Assembly: GCA_037131775.1 (NCBI GenBank)
Contig: JBAXQK010000001.1
Coordinates: 76,708 to 140,707, forward strand
Source: Candidatus Uhrbacteria bacterium
GTDB lineage: Bacteria; Patescibacteriota; Patescibacteriia; UBA9934; GWF2-40-263
Length of the DNA: 64,000 nucleotides
Reading direction: 5' to 3'
Shown: positions 9,152 to 19,191 of the stretch, one piece after another
How the letters are laid out: each line of letters starts with the position of its first letter
Position numbering within the stretch: the stretch's first letter is position 1
The notes under the pieces: generated by a model
Told to the model about the DNA's origin: nothing
Seen by the model: only the letters and a program-made list of their open reading frames with translations
Database searches by the model: none
Made by a program: the position numbers and the translations under genes

Positions 9152-11072
9152 TCCTGTGGGAAACCCATTTTTTATCCAATCAAACCACCTTGGTTCCGTC
9201 CGGACGTCACGCGAGCTGACGGCGCTCGACGAGGGACCGGGATCCACGTTCGGCGCGGCGAGCGCCGAACGCCAGTTTTTGGGATCGACCATTCCCGCGA
9301 GGCGGTTCTGGCTCGCCGCGTTCGGGTTTTCCGTCGCGATCGGCATCCTGCTTGCCCGCGCCGTGGAGTTACAGATCGTCCGTGGCGCGCAGTACGCCTC
9401 GCTGGCCGAGTCGAATCGCGTTCGTTCCTACACCGTCGTTCCACCGCGCGGGATCGTCTCTGACCGGTTCGGCACGCCGCTCATCCAGAACGTCCCGGCG
9501 TTCGTGTTCTCAATGACCTTCGCGGACATGCCGAAGGACAAGACGGAACGCGACCAAGTCGTCGCGCGGGCGGCCGACCTCGCGGGAGTGTCCCGAACGG
9601 ACATTGACCTTCTCCTGACCGAGGCGCAAAAGAGCCCATACGACGCGTTTGCCGTTAAGAAGGGGATTCCTTACGAGGCGGCCATGCGGCTTGCCATCGA
9701 GGCGGCGTCGATCCCCGGGTTTGCACTCGACACGTCCACGATTCGCGCGTACCCCAAAAGCGCGCCGACCCTTTCACACGTGCTCGGATACACAGGAAAG
9801 ATCAGCGCCGACGACTACGAGGCGAGGAAGGCGGACGGCTATCGCGCCGTAGATGAGATCGGAAAAGCGGGATTGGAGCGGACAGAAGAGACCTTGTTGC
9901 GCGGAACCCCTGGAAAGCTGTCCGTTGAGGTCGACGCCCGCGGAAGGGAACTCTCGGTGGATGGAAAGACCGACCCTGTTCCCGGTCAGAACCTGACGCT
10001 GACGATCGACCTTCCACTCCAGCAGTTCATCGAGGCGCGCCTGACGGACGTTCTCCAAAGACTGAAGCTGCCGAAGGGGGTCGTTGTCGCCATCGATCCG
10101 CGCAACGGAGCGGTGCGCGCCCTGGTCAGCATGCCGACCTTCGACAGCAACGCGTTTTCGAACGGAATCGACTCTGACCTGTACCAACGGCTGATCACGG
10201 ACAAGGACCAGCCGCTGTTCTCGCGCGCGATCGCGGGCGAATATCCTCCTGGTTCGACCTTCAAGCCGTATGTGTCATACGCGGCGCTTTCGGAGGGTCT
10301 GGTTACCCCAAGCACATCGTTTCTTTCCACCGGAGGGCTCCGAGTGGGCGAATGGTTCTTTCCGGATTGGAAGGCCGGCGGACATGGGATTACCGACGTC
10401 CGGAAGGCCCTTGCCTGGTCGGTGAACACCTATTTTTACATCGTCGGTGGCGGATACGAGCAACAAACGGGTCTTGGCGTGGAACGAATCACAAAGAACG
10501 CCGCCCTGTTCGGATTCGGCGCGAAGACCGGGATCGCGCTTCCCGGCGAGGCGGACGGATTTCTTCCAAGCAAGGATTGGAAGCAGGAGGCGAAGGGCGA
10601 GCGATGGTACGTCGGCGACACCTATCACCTCGCCATCGGGCAGGGCGACGCGCTCGCCACGCCGCTCCAGGTCGCGGTCGCGGATGCCGCGATCGGAAAC
10701 GGAGGGACGCGTTTCGTCCCGCACCTGGTCGAAAAGATTGGCGACAAGCCCGTTGCGCCGGAACCGGTCGACGTGACGCTGAACAAGGATTCCGTCCAGG
10801 TCGTCCGCGAGGGGATGCGGGGCGCCGTGACGTACGGCAGCGCCCGCTTTCTCAATTCGCTGGCGCTTCCCGTCGCGGGAAAGACGGGCACCGCGCAGTC
10901 GTCCATCGACAAGCCGACGCACGCGTGGTTCGAGGGGTTCGGCCCGTACGACGATCCGACGCTCGCCGTCGTCGTCCTCGTGGAGAATGGCGGGGAAGGG
11001 TCGTCGGTCGCCGTCCCGCTCGCAAAGGACATCTTCGAGTGGTGGTTCGCAAATCGACAGGCAACGGAGTAA
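9138..11072 (+). CDS. mrdA: Penicillin-binding protein 2 (class B transpeptidase)
   Basis: STFKP (SxxK), SVN (SxN) and KTGTA motifs, plus an N-terminal TM and dimerisation domain. Exact start uncertain. Confidence 0.85.
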   Translation: MTRCNPVGNPFFIQSNHLGSVRTSRELTALDEGPGSTFGAASAERQFLGSTIPARRFWLAAFGFSVAIGILLARAVELQIVRGAQYASLAESNRVRSYTVVPPRGIVSDRFGTPLIQNVPAFVFSMTFADMPKDKTERDQVVARAADLAGVSRTDIDLLLTEAQKSPYDAFAVKKGIPYEAAMRLAIEAASIPGFALDTSTIRAYPKSAPTLSHVLGYTGKISADDYEARKADGYRAVDEIGKAGLERTEETLLRGTPGKLSVEVDARGRELSVDGKTDPVPGQNLTLTIDLPLQQFIEARLTDVLQRLKLPKGVVVAIDPRNGAVRALVSMPTFDSNAFSNGIDSDLYQRLITDKDQPLFSRAIAGEYPPGSTFKPYVSYAALSEGLVTPSTSFLSTGGLRVGEWFFPDWKAGGHGITDVRKALAWSVNTYFYIVGGGYEQQTGLGVERITKNAALFGFGAKTGIALPGEADGFLPSKDWKQEAKGERWYVGDTYHLAIGQGDALATPLQVAVADAAIGNGGTRFVPHLVEKIGDKPVAPEPVDVTLNKDSVQVVREGMRGAVTYGSARFLNSLALPVAGKTGTAQSSIDKPTHAWFEGFGPYDDPTLAVVVLVENGGEGSSVAVPLAKDIFEWWFANRQATE

Positions 11073-11090
11073 CGACTATACTAAGATCCT

Positions 11091-12197
11091 ATGAAGCGAC
11101 TGATTCTTGCGCTCGCCATCGTCGGGGTTTTCACCGCGCCGTTTTCCGTGCGCGCGGGGGACGCTCAGAATGACAACGTTCCGTTTCGCGCCGTCGTGCA
11201 GAGCGTCGACAAGGCGTATTCCGATGAAAACGGACGGCCCCAGACGTCGTTTACGGCGGAGGGGTACGACGGAAAGACCTATCGCATCGACACGTCCTCC
11301 TCCCTCGGTGCCGGGATCCATTATCCGCTCAATGTCGGTGACCGCGTGGTTTTGGAACGCCTCGACAATCCGGACGGGACGCAGACGGTTTACTTCAACG
11401 ACGTCGTGCGAACTGGCGGGCTCTGGATTATCTTTGCCGTGTTTTCCCTCGCCGTCGTCGCGGTCGGGCTGACGCGCGGGATCATGGCGCTTGTCGGCCT
11501 CGCCCTGACCGTTCTCCTTTTGTTCGGATACATCGTTCCGTCGATCCTGGCCGGAAAGGACGCGGTGCTCGTAACGGTCGAGTCCTCGCTGCTCATCCTG
11601 GCCGTGAACATGCACCTGACCCACGGATGGAAACGGCAGACGCTCGCCGCGTTCGCTTCCACGGCGATCGGCGTGCTGATCGCCTGGCTGTTCGGCGGCT
11701 GGTTCGTCCATCTCGCGGCCCTCTCCGGGCTGACATCCGAGGAGGGATCGCTCCTGTATCTGCAGAACCTCGACGCGACGGTGAACACGTCCGGGATTCT
11801 CCTCGCGGGAATCATCCTCGGCGCGACCGGCGCGCTCGACGACATCGCCATCGCGCAGAGCGAGGTCGTATCCGAGCTGCGCGAAGCGAACCCGTCACTC
11901 TCAAAGAAGGAGCTGTTCGTCCGAGCCATGCGGGTCGGACGGCACCACATCGCCTCCATTGCCAATACGCTCGTCCTGGCCTATGCGGGCGCGGCACTTC
12001 CGATGTTTCTTCTTTTCTGGGCAACGCGATCCCTGACGATCGCGGACTTCCTCAACACGGAGGCGGTCGCCGAGGAAGTGGTCCGCACGCTCGCTGGAAC
12101 GATCGCGCTCGTGCTGACGGTTCCTCTTTCCACGTGGTTTGCCACATCGCTTGACGCATCTAAGAAAAAGCCCTATGATGGCCATCACGTTCACTGA
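11091..12197 (+). CDS. YibE/F-family polytopic membrane protein with N-terminal secreted domain
   Basis: Signal peptide, a roughly 100-aa extracytoplasmic domain, then multiple TM segments. Family assignment from memory of the YibE/F pattern. Confidence 0.4.
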   Translation: MKRLILALAIVGVFTAPFSVRAGDAQNDNVPFRAVVQSVDKAYSDENGRPQTSFTAEGYDGKTYRIDTSSSLGAGIHYPLNVGDRVVLERLDNPDGTQTVYFNDVVRTGGLWIIFAVFSLAVVAVGLTRGIMALVGLALTVLLLFGYIVPSILAGKDAVLVTVESSLLILAVNMHLTHGWKRQTLAAFASTAIGVLIAWLFGGWFVHLAALSGLTSEEGSLLYLQNLDATVNTSGILLAGIILGATGALDDIAIAQSEVVSELREANPSLSKKELFVRAMRVGRHHIASIANTLVLAYAGAALPMFLLFWATRSLTIADFLNTEAVAEEVVRTLAGTIALVLTVPLSTWFATSLDASKKKPYDGHHVH

Positions 12198-12215
12198 ACA
12201 TTCCTGATTAAACGT

Positions 12216-12671
12216 ATGCCAACCTACATTTCGGCCGAGGGGCTGAAAAAACTGATCGAGGAGTCGGAGACGCGCCGAACCGTTACGCGCAAGGAGATTG
12301 CGCAGTGCATTTCGGACGCGAAGGAGCTCGGGGATCTCTCCGAGAACTTCGAGTACCAGGACGCGAAGGAACGCCAGGGATCGAATGAGGTTCGCATCTC
12401 CGAGCTTGAGAGCATGATCAAGGATGCAATCGTCGTCGAACAGCAGGCGGGCGGCGACACCATCGGCCTTGGCACCACGTTCAAGGCCGAGGCAAACGGC
12501 GTCCCGCGCACGTTCCAAATCGTCGGGTCGAACGAGGCCAAGCCGTTCGAGGGCAAGATCAGCAATGAGTCGCCCATCGGAATGGCATTCATCGGCGGCA
12601 AGGTCGGAGAAGATATCTCCGTGGAGATTCCCACCGGAACGATGGTTTACAGAATCACGGAAATCTCCTAA
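12216..12671 (+). CDS. greA: Transcription elongation factor GreA
   Basis: N-terminal coiled-coil with DLSENFEYQDAKE and the C-terminal FKBP-like domain. Confidence 0.85.
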   Translation: MPTYISAEGLKKLIEESETRRTVTRKEIAQCISDAKELGDLSENFEYQDAKERQGSNEVRISELESMIKDAIVVEQQAGGDTIGLGTTFKAEANGVPRTFQIVGSNEAKPFEGKISNESPIGMAFIGGKVGEDISVEIPTGTMVYRITEIS

Positions 12672-12704
12672 GATACGGGGGTAAAATCCCCGTATTTTCG
12701 TTAT

Positions 12705-14168
12705 ATGATCGAAGAGGAATCCGTTCGCCGATTGCGCCTGGAACGGCTGAAACTGGCGGGAAACGACCCCTATCCGGCTCGCGTCGAACGCACGCACACC
12801 GTGGCCAAGTTCGGCCAGCATTTTGATACGCTTCTTGCCGACATGACCGTCGTGACCATGGCCGGACGCATGCGCACCATCCGCAAGCACGGCGGGCTTA
12901 CGTTCGCGCAGCTTGAGGACGGATCAGGGACGATCCAGATCGCGCTTCGACGCGATCATCTTGGCGAGGAGACCTACGCGTTCTTCCATGACACGGCCGA
13001 CATGGGCGATTTCGTCGAGGCAAAAGGAGTCGCGTTCGTGACGAAGACGGGACAGCGGACGCTCGACGTCCAGTCGTATCGGATCATTACGAAGACGCTT
13101 TTGCCAATGCCGGAAAAGTGGCACGGCCTTTCCGATACCGAGATTCGCTATCGTCAGCGATACCTCGACCTGATCGCAAACGAGCAGGTCCGCTCGATCT
13201 TCAAGACGCGCGCAAAGATCGTCACGACCATTCGCGCGTATCTCGACCGCCACGGCTGCCTCGAGGTCGATACGCCGGTCCTGCAGATCGTCCCGGGCGG
13301 AGCGAGCGCCAGGCCGTTCCAGACGCATCACAACGCCCTCGACGCCGACATGTACCTCCGCGTCGCGCCGGAGCTGTATCTCAAGCGCTGCGTCGTCGGC
13401 GGATTCGAGCGCGTCTACGAGGTTGCCCGCTGCTTCCGCAACGAGGGGATCGACCACTCGCACAACCCGGAGTTCACGCAGGTGGAAGGCTACATCGCCT
13501 ACATGGATTACGAGCAGCTGATGGCCTTCCTCGAGGAAATGCTCCGCGAGGTGATCGTTGCCTGCGGGCTCGACCCGGCCGCGGTCCCGTTCAAGGGGAA
13601 CCTTTTGAACTTTGCCGACGCCTGGCCGCGCATCACCTTCCGCGACGCGATCCTTTCGCACGCGAAGATTGACATCGAGAACTATCCCGACCGCGATTCC
13701 ATCGCGAAGCAGGCCGCGAAGATGGGCGTGCCGGTCGCCACGACCGACGGACACGCGACGATCGTCGACAATATCTACAAGAACTTCGTCCGCCCGAACA
13801 TCGTCCAGCCGACGTATCTCATCGACTATCCGGTTGAGATCTCTCCGCTTGCCAAGCGCAAGACGGGCGATCCGCGATACGTCGAGATGTTCCAGCTTGT
13901 CTACGGCGGCGGCGTGGAAAACATCAAGGCGTTCTCCGAGCTGAACGACCCGCTCGACCAGGAGGAACGGTTCCGCCAGCAGCAGGCCGCGCGCGACGGC
14001 GGCGACGAGGAGGCGCAGTTCGGAGACGACGACTACGTGGTCGCGCTCAAGCACGGCATGCCGCCGACCGCCGGGTTCGGCATCGGCATCGACCGCCTTG
14101 CCGCCACGCTGACCGATTCGCACAACCTGAAGGAGGTCATCCTGTTCCCGACGCTCAAGCCGGTATGA
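12705..14168 (+). CDS. lysS: Lysyl-tRNA synthetase (class II)
   Basis: OB-fold N-domain. Class II motifs including FRNEG and the GxGxDR-like GIGIDR. Confidence 0.95.
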   Translation: MIEEESVRRLRLERLKLAGNDPYPARVERTHTVAKFGQHFDTLLADMTVVTMAGRMRTIRKHGGLTFAQLEDGSGTIQIALRRDHLGEETYAFFHDTADMGDFVEAKGVAFVTKTGQRTLDVQSYRIITKTLLPMPEKWHGLSDTEIRYRQRYLDLIANEQVRSIFKTRAKIVTTIRAYLDRHGCLEVDTPVLQIVPGGASARPFQTHHNALDADMYLRVAPELYLKRCVVGGFERVYEVARCFRNEGIDHSHNPEFTQVEGYIAYMDYEQLMAFLEEMLREVIVACGLDPAAVPFKGNLLNFADAWPRITFRDAILSHAKIDIENYPDRDSIAKQAAKMGVPVATTDGHATIVDNIYKNFVRPNIVQPTYLIDYPVEISPLAKRKTGDPRYVEMFQLVYGGGVENIKAFSELNDPLDQEERFRQQQAARDGGDEEAQFGDDDYVVALKHGMPPTAGFGIGIDRLAATLTDSHNLKEVILFPTLKPV

Positions 14169-14953
14169 GGACCGTCCTGACCTTCGGGACGTTCGACGCG
14201 TTCCATCCCGGTCATGAGTATGTCCTCGCCAAGGCGGCCGCGCTCGGCGACCGGCTTGTGGTCGGCGTCGCGCGCGATTCGCACGTCCGCGAGCTTAAGA
14301 ACAAGGAGCCGCGGGATGACGAGCGGGTCCGGCTCGACCGGATTCTCGCGCACCCGCTAGTATCCGACGCGCGTCTGAGCGACGAGAAGCTTGGATCGTA
14401 CGAGATTCTCGACGACTTGAAGCCCGACGTCGTCGCCATCGGCCATGACCAGCACGCGCTGCGCGAGAGTCTAGAGGCATGGATGTCGTCGACCGGCAAA
14501 GCCATCCCGCTGGTCCGGCTAGACCTGTCCGTCCCGCGCCCCATCAAGACCGTCCCCATCGCCGTGGCCCTCGCCATGCGCGACGGAAAGCTCTTGCTCC
14601 TCCAACGGCGCGACGAAAACCCGATGTGGAACCGCAAATGGGAATTCCCGGGCGGAAAGATCGAGAGCGGGGAAGACCCGGCCGACGCGATGCGTCGCGA
14701 GCTCCTTGAGGAGACCGGGCTTGCCGCGACAACCTGCGACTTTCTCGGAACGCATACCCACGACTGGGACCTCTCCGAACGAATCCTCCGCGTCGTGCTC
14801 CACTGCTTCCGCTGCGACCTCGCCGATGGCGACGTCCTCCGCGAGGACCGCGCCGCGTTCGACCACGCCTGGGCAACCCCCGCCGAAGCCCTGACCTACG
14901 ACCTCCTCGAAGCCAACGCCGACCTTATCCGCAAATTCGTAGGAAGTTCGTAA
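14165..14953 (+). CDS. Bifunctional nucleotidyltransferase (NadM/RibL-type, GTFDxFHxGH) fused to a Nudix hydrolase (possible NMN adenylyltransferase / ADP-ribose pyrophosphatase)
   Basis: N-terminal GTFDAFHPGHEYVL cytidylyltransferase-superfamily motif. C-terminal Nudix box GGKIESGEDPADAMRRELLEETG. Confidence 0.55.
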   Translation: MRTVLTFGTFDAFHPGHEYVLAKAAALGDRLVVGVARDSHVRELKNKEPRDDERVRLDRILAHPLVSDARLSDEKLGSYEILDDLKPDVVAIGHDQHALRESLEAWMSSTGKAIPLVRLDLSVPRPIKTVPIAVALAMRDGKLLLLQRRDENPMWNRKWEFPGGKIESGEDPADAMRRELLEETGLAATTCDFLGTHTHDWDLSERILRVVLHCFRCDLADGDVLREDRAAFDHAWATPAEALTYDLLEANADLIRKFVGSS

Positions 14954-14996
14954 TCAGAAAAAAGAATTCGTAATAAGCGAAGCGTATCCGTAAGCT

Positions 14997-16133
14997 GTGA
15001 ACTATAAGACCTGGATCGAACTCGACGAACGAGCCCTGACGCACAACATCGTTGCGCTGAAGGGTTTGCTTTCCGAAGGGGCCAAGTTCTGCGCGGTCCT
15101 GAAGGCGAACGCGTACGGCCACGGGTTCGTCGAGGTCGCGCGCATCGCGGCCCGGTGCAACGTGGACGCGTTCGCGGTCGACAATATCGACGAGGCACTC
15201 GTGCTCCGCGCAATGCTTCCGTCCGCCCTCGTGCTCGTGCTCGGATACACCCTCAAGGAGCGATACGCCGACGCAATCAACAATGAGATCCATCTGACCG
15301 TCTACGAAAAGGACCAGGTCGTCGCGCTCGAATACGCCGGGGCGGAGCACGCGAAGACCGCGTTCATCCACCTGAAGATCGAGACGGGAACGGCACGCCA
15401 GGGCGTTCTTCCGGACCACCTGTACGACGTGCTCGAGGTCGTCGGCGCCTCCTCGCACGTGGCGCTCGCCGGAGTTTCGACGCACTTCGCGAACGTGGAG
15501 GACACGACCGACACGTCGTTCGCAAACCGACAGTTCGCCCTGTTCCAGGAAGTCGTCGGGGCGATTCGGAACGCGGGATATCGGCCCGAGTGGGTCCATT
15601 GTTCCAACTCCGCGGCAACGATCCTGTATCCCGACACGCACGGGTCCCTCGTCCGCGTCGGCATCGCGATGTACGGGATCTGGCCGTCGGAAATCGTCGA
15701 GCAGACCGTGCGACGGCATAACGTGCCGCTCGAGCTCGAGCCTGTCCTCGCGTGGAAGACCCGCATCGCGCAGGTGAAGTCGCTTCCCGCCGGAACGCCG
15801 ATCAGCTACGGGATGACCGAGGTCCTTCGAAAGGCCAGTCGCATCGCCGTTCTTCCCGTCGGCTACTGGGACGGATTCGATCGCGGTCTCTCCTCCGTCG
15901 CGGAGGTTCTCGTGAACGGCATCCGGTGCAAGGTCATGGGACGCGTCTGCATGAACATGGTCATGGTGGACGTCTCGGCGGTCCCCCAGGTCGAGCCCGA
16001 GCAGGAGGTCGTCCTCATCGGACGCTCGGGACGGTTCGTCGTCGCGGCGGAGGAAATGGCCGCCCATGCCGGGACGATCAGCTACGAGACGCTGACTCGC
16101 ATCAACCCGCTGTTGCCGCGGATCGTGATATAA
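14997..16133 (+). CDS. alr: Alanine racemase (GTG start)
   Basis: AVLKANAYGHG PLP-lysine motif. Full-length family match. Confidence 0.9.
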   Translation: MNYKTWIELDERALTHNIVALKGLLSEGAKFCAVLKANAYGHGFVEVARIAARCNVDAFAVDNIDEALVLRAMLPSALVLVLGYTLKERYADAINNEIHLTVYEKDQVVALEYAGAEHAKTAFIHLKIETGTARQGVLPDHLYDVLEVVGASSHVALAGVSTHFANVEDTTDTSFANRQFALFQEVVGAIRNAGYRPEWVHCSNSAATILYPDTHGSLVRVGIAMYGIWPSEIVEQTVRRHNVPLELEPVLAWKTRIAQVKSLPAGTPISYGMTEVLRKASRIAVLPVGYWDGFDRGLSSVAEVLVNGIRCKVMGRVCMNMVMVDVSAVPQVEPEQEVVLIGRSGRFVVAAEEMAAHAGTISYETLTRINPLLPRIVI

Positions 16134-16142
16134 TTCAACGGT

Positions 16143-17069
16143 ATGCGACCCCGCGACCAATTTCGACTGCTGCAGAAAAAACGGTACGATGCCAAGCGTT
16201 TTTCAAATCCGTACTTCCAAACGAAGCCGAAGCGAAACTGGCGCGGAATCGTGATCGCCACCGGCGTCGGCCTGGGCTTGTTCTGCCTCGTGGCCGTCAT
16301 CTTCGCCTCGCCATTCTTTGCCATCCAGCGCGTCGACGTGACGGGAACGGACACAATCTCTCCAACGGAGATCGTCCAAAAGGCATGGGAACAGCTCCGT
16401 ACGCGCCGCCTTGTTTTTTTCAACGGGACGAACCGATTCCTTTACGACGAATCGCGGCTGCGCGCCGCCCTTGGCTCGGCATACGCGTTTGAAACTCTTG
16501 CGATTCGCGAAGTTTGCGATTGGAAAGGCGGGGGATGCGGACTGACGATTGCCGTACACGAGAAGACGTCCCAGCTGCTCTGGATGTCCGGCGACCGACT
16601 CTACCTCGCCGACCTTCAGGGCGTCGTCATCCGAGAGCTGGCGCCCGAGGAGGTCGCGGCATGGAAGGCCCCGGAGCCGCCGCCCCAGAACCCGCTTCCG
16701 GACGGATCGCTCCCCATCTCGGTGCCGATCGACCCGCTTCGAAAGCTTCCGCTGTTCGTCGATGTCAACGCCTCTCCGACAAGCGTCGGATCTGCCGTAC
16801 TGACGAAGGACGAGGTCGCGAACCTCTTCGCCTTCGAGCAACGGCTCGGCGACATGAGGATTCTTTTCTCGCAGGTAAACATCGACCGTCTCGCGGGAAA
16901 GTGGATGGCCGTGAAAACCCTGGCCGGGTTCAACATCCTCATCGACGCCTCCGGCGATATCCCGGCCCAGATTCTCAACCTCCAGGTTCTGCTGCGCGAC
17001 ACGCTGAAGGACACGTCGAATCTGCAGTATATCGACCTGAGGTTCGGCGACCACGTATATTATAAATAG
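16143..17069 (+). CDS. Cell-division protein FtsQ/DivIB-like (TM + POTRA)
   Basis: Cytoplasmic basic N-terminus, single TM, then FAIQRVDVTGTDTISPTEI, a POTRA-like start. Confidence 0.55.
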   Translation: MRPRDQFRLLQKKRYDAKRFSNPYFQTKPKRNWRGIVIATGVGLGLFCLVAVIFASPFFAIQRVDVTGTDTISPTEIVQKAWEQLRTRRLVFFNGTNRFLYDESRLRAALGSAYAFETLAIREVCDWKGGGCGLTIAVHEKTSQLLWMSGDRLYLADLQGVVIRELAPEEVAAWKAPEPPPQNPLPDGSLPISVPIDPLRKLPLFVDVNASPTSVGSAVLTKDEVANLFAFEQRLGDMRILFSQVNIDRLAGKWMAVKTLAGFNILIDASGDIPAQILNLQVLLRDTLKDTSNLQYIDLRFGDHVYYK

Positions 17070-17078
17070 ACGAACCCT

Positions 17079-18377
17079 ATGACCCCGCTCATTTCCTACG
17101 ACGACAGCCACATGCTCATTTCGGCCAAGGATCGCAAATCCGTTCAGAAACGACTCATCGCCGCTCACAAGCAACTGGAGATTCTGCGTGTCAGCGACGA
17201 ACAAGGCTTCTTTGGACTGCCGGACGATTCGGGGACGGTAAGAATCGTCGAGAGGCTCGCGAAGAAAGTCCAGGCGAAGTTCGACCGCCTGATCGTCATC
17301 GGGATCGGCGGGTCCGACCTTGGGGCGCGTACGATCTGGCACGCGCTTGGCGAGAGGAAGATGTCGTTGGAGTTCGTGAGCAACCCGGACCCTGAGACGA
17401 TCTACCACGTGCTCGCCACCACGGACTGGTCGAAGACGGCCATCAACGTCATCTCAAAGTCCGGAACGACGCTCGAGACCATGGCGGTATTCATGACGCT
17501 TCGCCAGGGCCTTATTAACGCAGTCGGAATCGCGGCACACCGAGAACACATTGTCGCCACGACGGATCCGTCGGAAGCCAGCACGCTGTATCGGATTGCC
17601 ATGGAAGAGGGCTATGCGATCCTTCCGCACCCGCTGAACGTCGGAGGACGCTTTTCCGTCCTCTCCGTCGTCGGGTTGTTCCCGGCGGCTGCAAGCGGCG
17701 TGAACGTTCGCAAGCTGCTTGCCGGAGCCGCGACGGTCGAAACCGAACGGCGCGTCAAGATCGCGGATAGTCTTCCTGCGCGACTAGCGACAAACCAATA
17801 CCTTGCCATGACGCAGCATGGACGCGATATCCACGTCCTGATGCCGTACGCGGACCTGTTGCACGAGTTCGGATTCTGGTACCGCCAGATTTGGGCAGAA
17901 TCGCTTGGGAAGGTCCGCGACGGGGAATCCGTCGGTCCGACCCCGATCGCCGCGTTCGGCGCCATCGACCAGCACTCGCAGATCCAGCTGTACAACGAGG
18001 GTCCAGACAACAAGACTGTTACGTTCATCGAAGTTGAATCGTTTCGACGCTCGTTGCGCGTTCCGAAGGTCTGGGGCGACAAACAGGGGATCGGATACGT
18101 CGGCGGACTTTCGTTCGCGGACATCCTGCATGCCGAGCGCGCCGGAACGGAACACGCCCTCGCAAGTCACGGACGACCGAGCGGGACGATTACGATCCCG
18201 AAGATCTCGGAGGAATCGCTTGGAGCGCTGTTTATGCTATTTGAGACGGCGACGGCCTACATGGGGGAACTGCTGCAAGTGAACGCTTTCAACCAGCCGG
18301 GCGTCGAGGCGGGGAAGAAGGAGGCGAAGAAAATTCTCGAGACGGCGGGGAAGAAATCCGCGAAGACGAAGGGTTAG
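17079..18377 (+). CDS. pgi: Glucose-6-phosphate isomerase (short bacterial/archaeal type)
   Basis: IGIGGSDLGARTIWHAL and SKSGTTLET SIS-domain motifs. Confidence 0.85.
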   Translation: MTPLISYDDSHMLISAKDRKSVQKRLIAAHKQLEILRVSDEQGFFGLPDDSGTVRIVERLAKKVQAKFDRLIVIGIGGSDLGARTIWHALGERKMSLEFVSNPDPETIYHVLATTDWSKTAINVISKSGTTLETMAVFMTLRQGLINAVGIAAHREHIVATTDPSEASTLYRIAMEEGYAILPHPLNVGGRFSVLSVVGLFPAAASGVNVRKLLAGAATVETERRVKIADSLPARLATNQYLAMTQHGRDIHVLMPYADLLHEFGFWYRQIWAESLGKVRDGESVGPTPIAAFGAIDQHSQIQLYNEGPDNKTVTFIEVESFRRSLRVPKVWGDKQGIGYVGGLSFADILHAERAGTEHALASHGRPSGTITIPKISEESLGALFMLFETATAYMGELLQVNAFNQPGVEAGKKEAKKILETAGKKSAKTKG

Positions 18378-18476
18378 GACTTGTTGTGTCGTAAAATATC
18401 GATAGGTTGAGTGATGGATTGAAGGGGACCGAGGTTCGAAGAGTCTCGGGGATGCGGATTGAATTTTGGCCAGGGA

Positions 18477-18508
18477 CGGATCCGCGTATCGATTCGGATC
18501 CGTTTTGG
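18477..18508 (+). terminator. Rho-independent terminator after pgi
   Basis: Two copies of the self-complementary CGGATCCG form an 8-bp stem, followed by TTTTGG. Confidence 0.5.
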
Positions 18509-18963
18509 TCTCTACGGCGACGACAACGCGAACAAAATAAAAATGCCAAAAATGTAAAGGCCTCTAATTTGATTTTGGGGGTATGTAGGTACGTCTCGTT
18601 TTAAAACTCCATTTTGAGAAAACGATACGGAGCGTCAGAGACGACGTGAGACCCGTACTGAGACACCTGGAAATCGTCCTGGAGGCGTTTATGTCGTCTA
18701 AGGCGACCTGGGATAGATCATGCCGTCGAAACCACAAGCGCGATCCGATTGAATCGCAAGTACCGCAGAAGAACAATTCTGAAGGATCTCGATCAGCATG
18801 GTTCTAACGACAGGTTCTGCACATATCGCAAAACACGGGCAAACAGCGTAAAACACCGAATATCCCGTGTCTTATTTTCTGCTCTATTTAGCCCACTTCT
18901 GACACTATGCGCCGTCTAAGTTACAGAAGACGACGCTTAAGATCACCTTCTCGGAAGGTCATT

Positions 18964-19185
18964 CTACCTCATGAACCAAGCCGTTGAGAACCCCGCGAAG
19001 TACGTCATTGCAAGCAATGCCGCCCCAACAACGAATATGCCGACTCCAAGCATCATGATCCCTTTGATCGAGTCGTCATCCTCGGCGGCGCCTAGCATCA
19101 TGTACGCGCTGATGACGACGAAGACCGTCAACGGCGTAACCGCCATCGCCCATGCGACAACCTTCAGTGCGAGATCGAGATCCAT
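18964..19185 (-). CDS. Hypothetical small membrane protein (73 aa)
   Basis: Two hydrophobic helices; GC-rich third codon positions; isolated at the edge of a low-GC non-coding island. Confidence 0.3.
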   Translation of the reverse strand: MDLDLALKVVAWAMAVTPLTVFVVISAYMMLGAAEDDDSIKGIMMLGVGIFVVGAALLAMTYFAGFSTAWFMR

Positions 19186-19191
19186 AGCAAT

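Noticed and set aside
18421-18470. Possible tRNA or tmRNA (GGTTCGAAG T-loop-like motif; a GACGACGCTTAA tag-like string at about 18930)
   Set aside because: No cloverleaf can be built: the candidate T-stem encloses an 11-nt loop, and there is no acceptor stem or CCA context. The tag-like string lacks the tmRNA 5' and 3' conserved ends. Left as an unassigned non-coding island.
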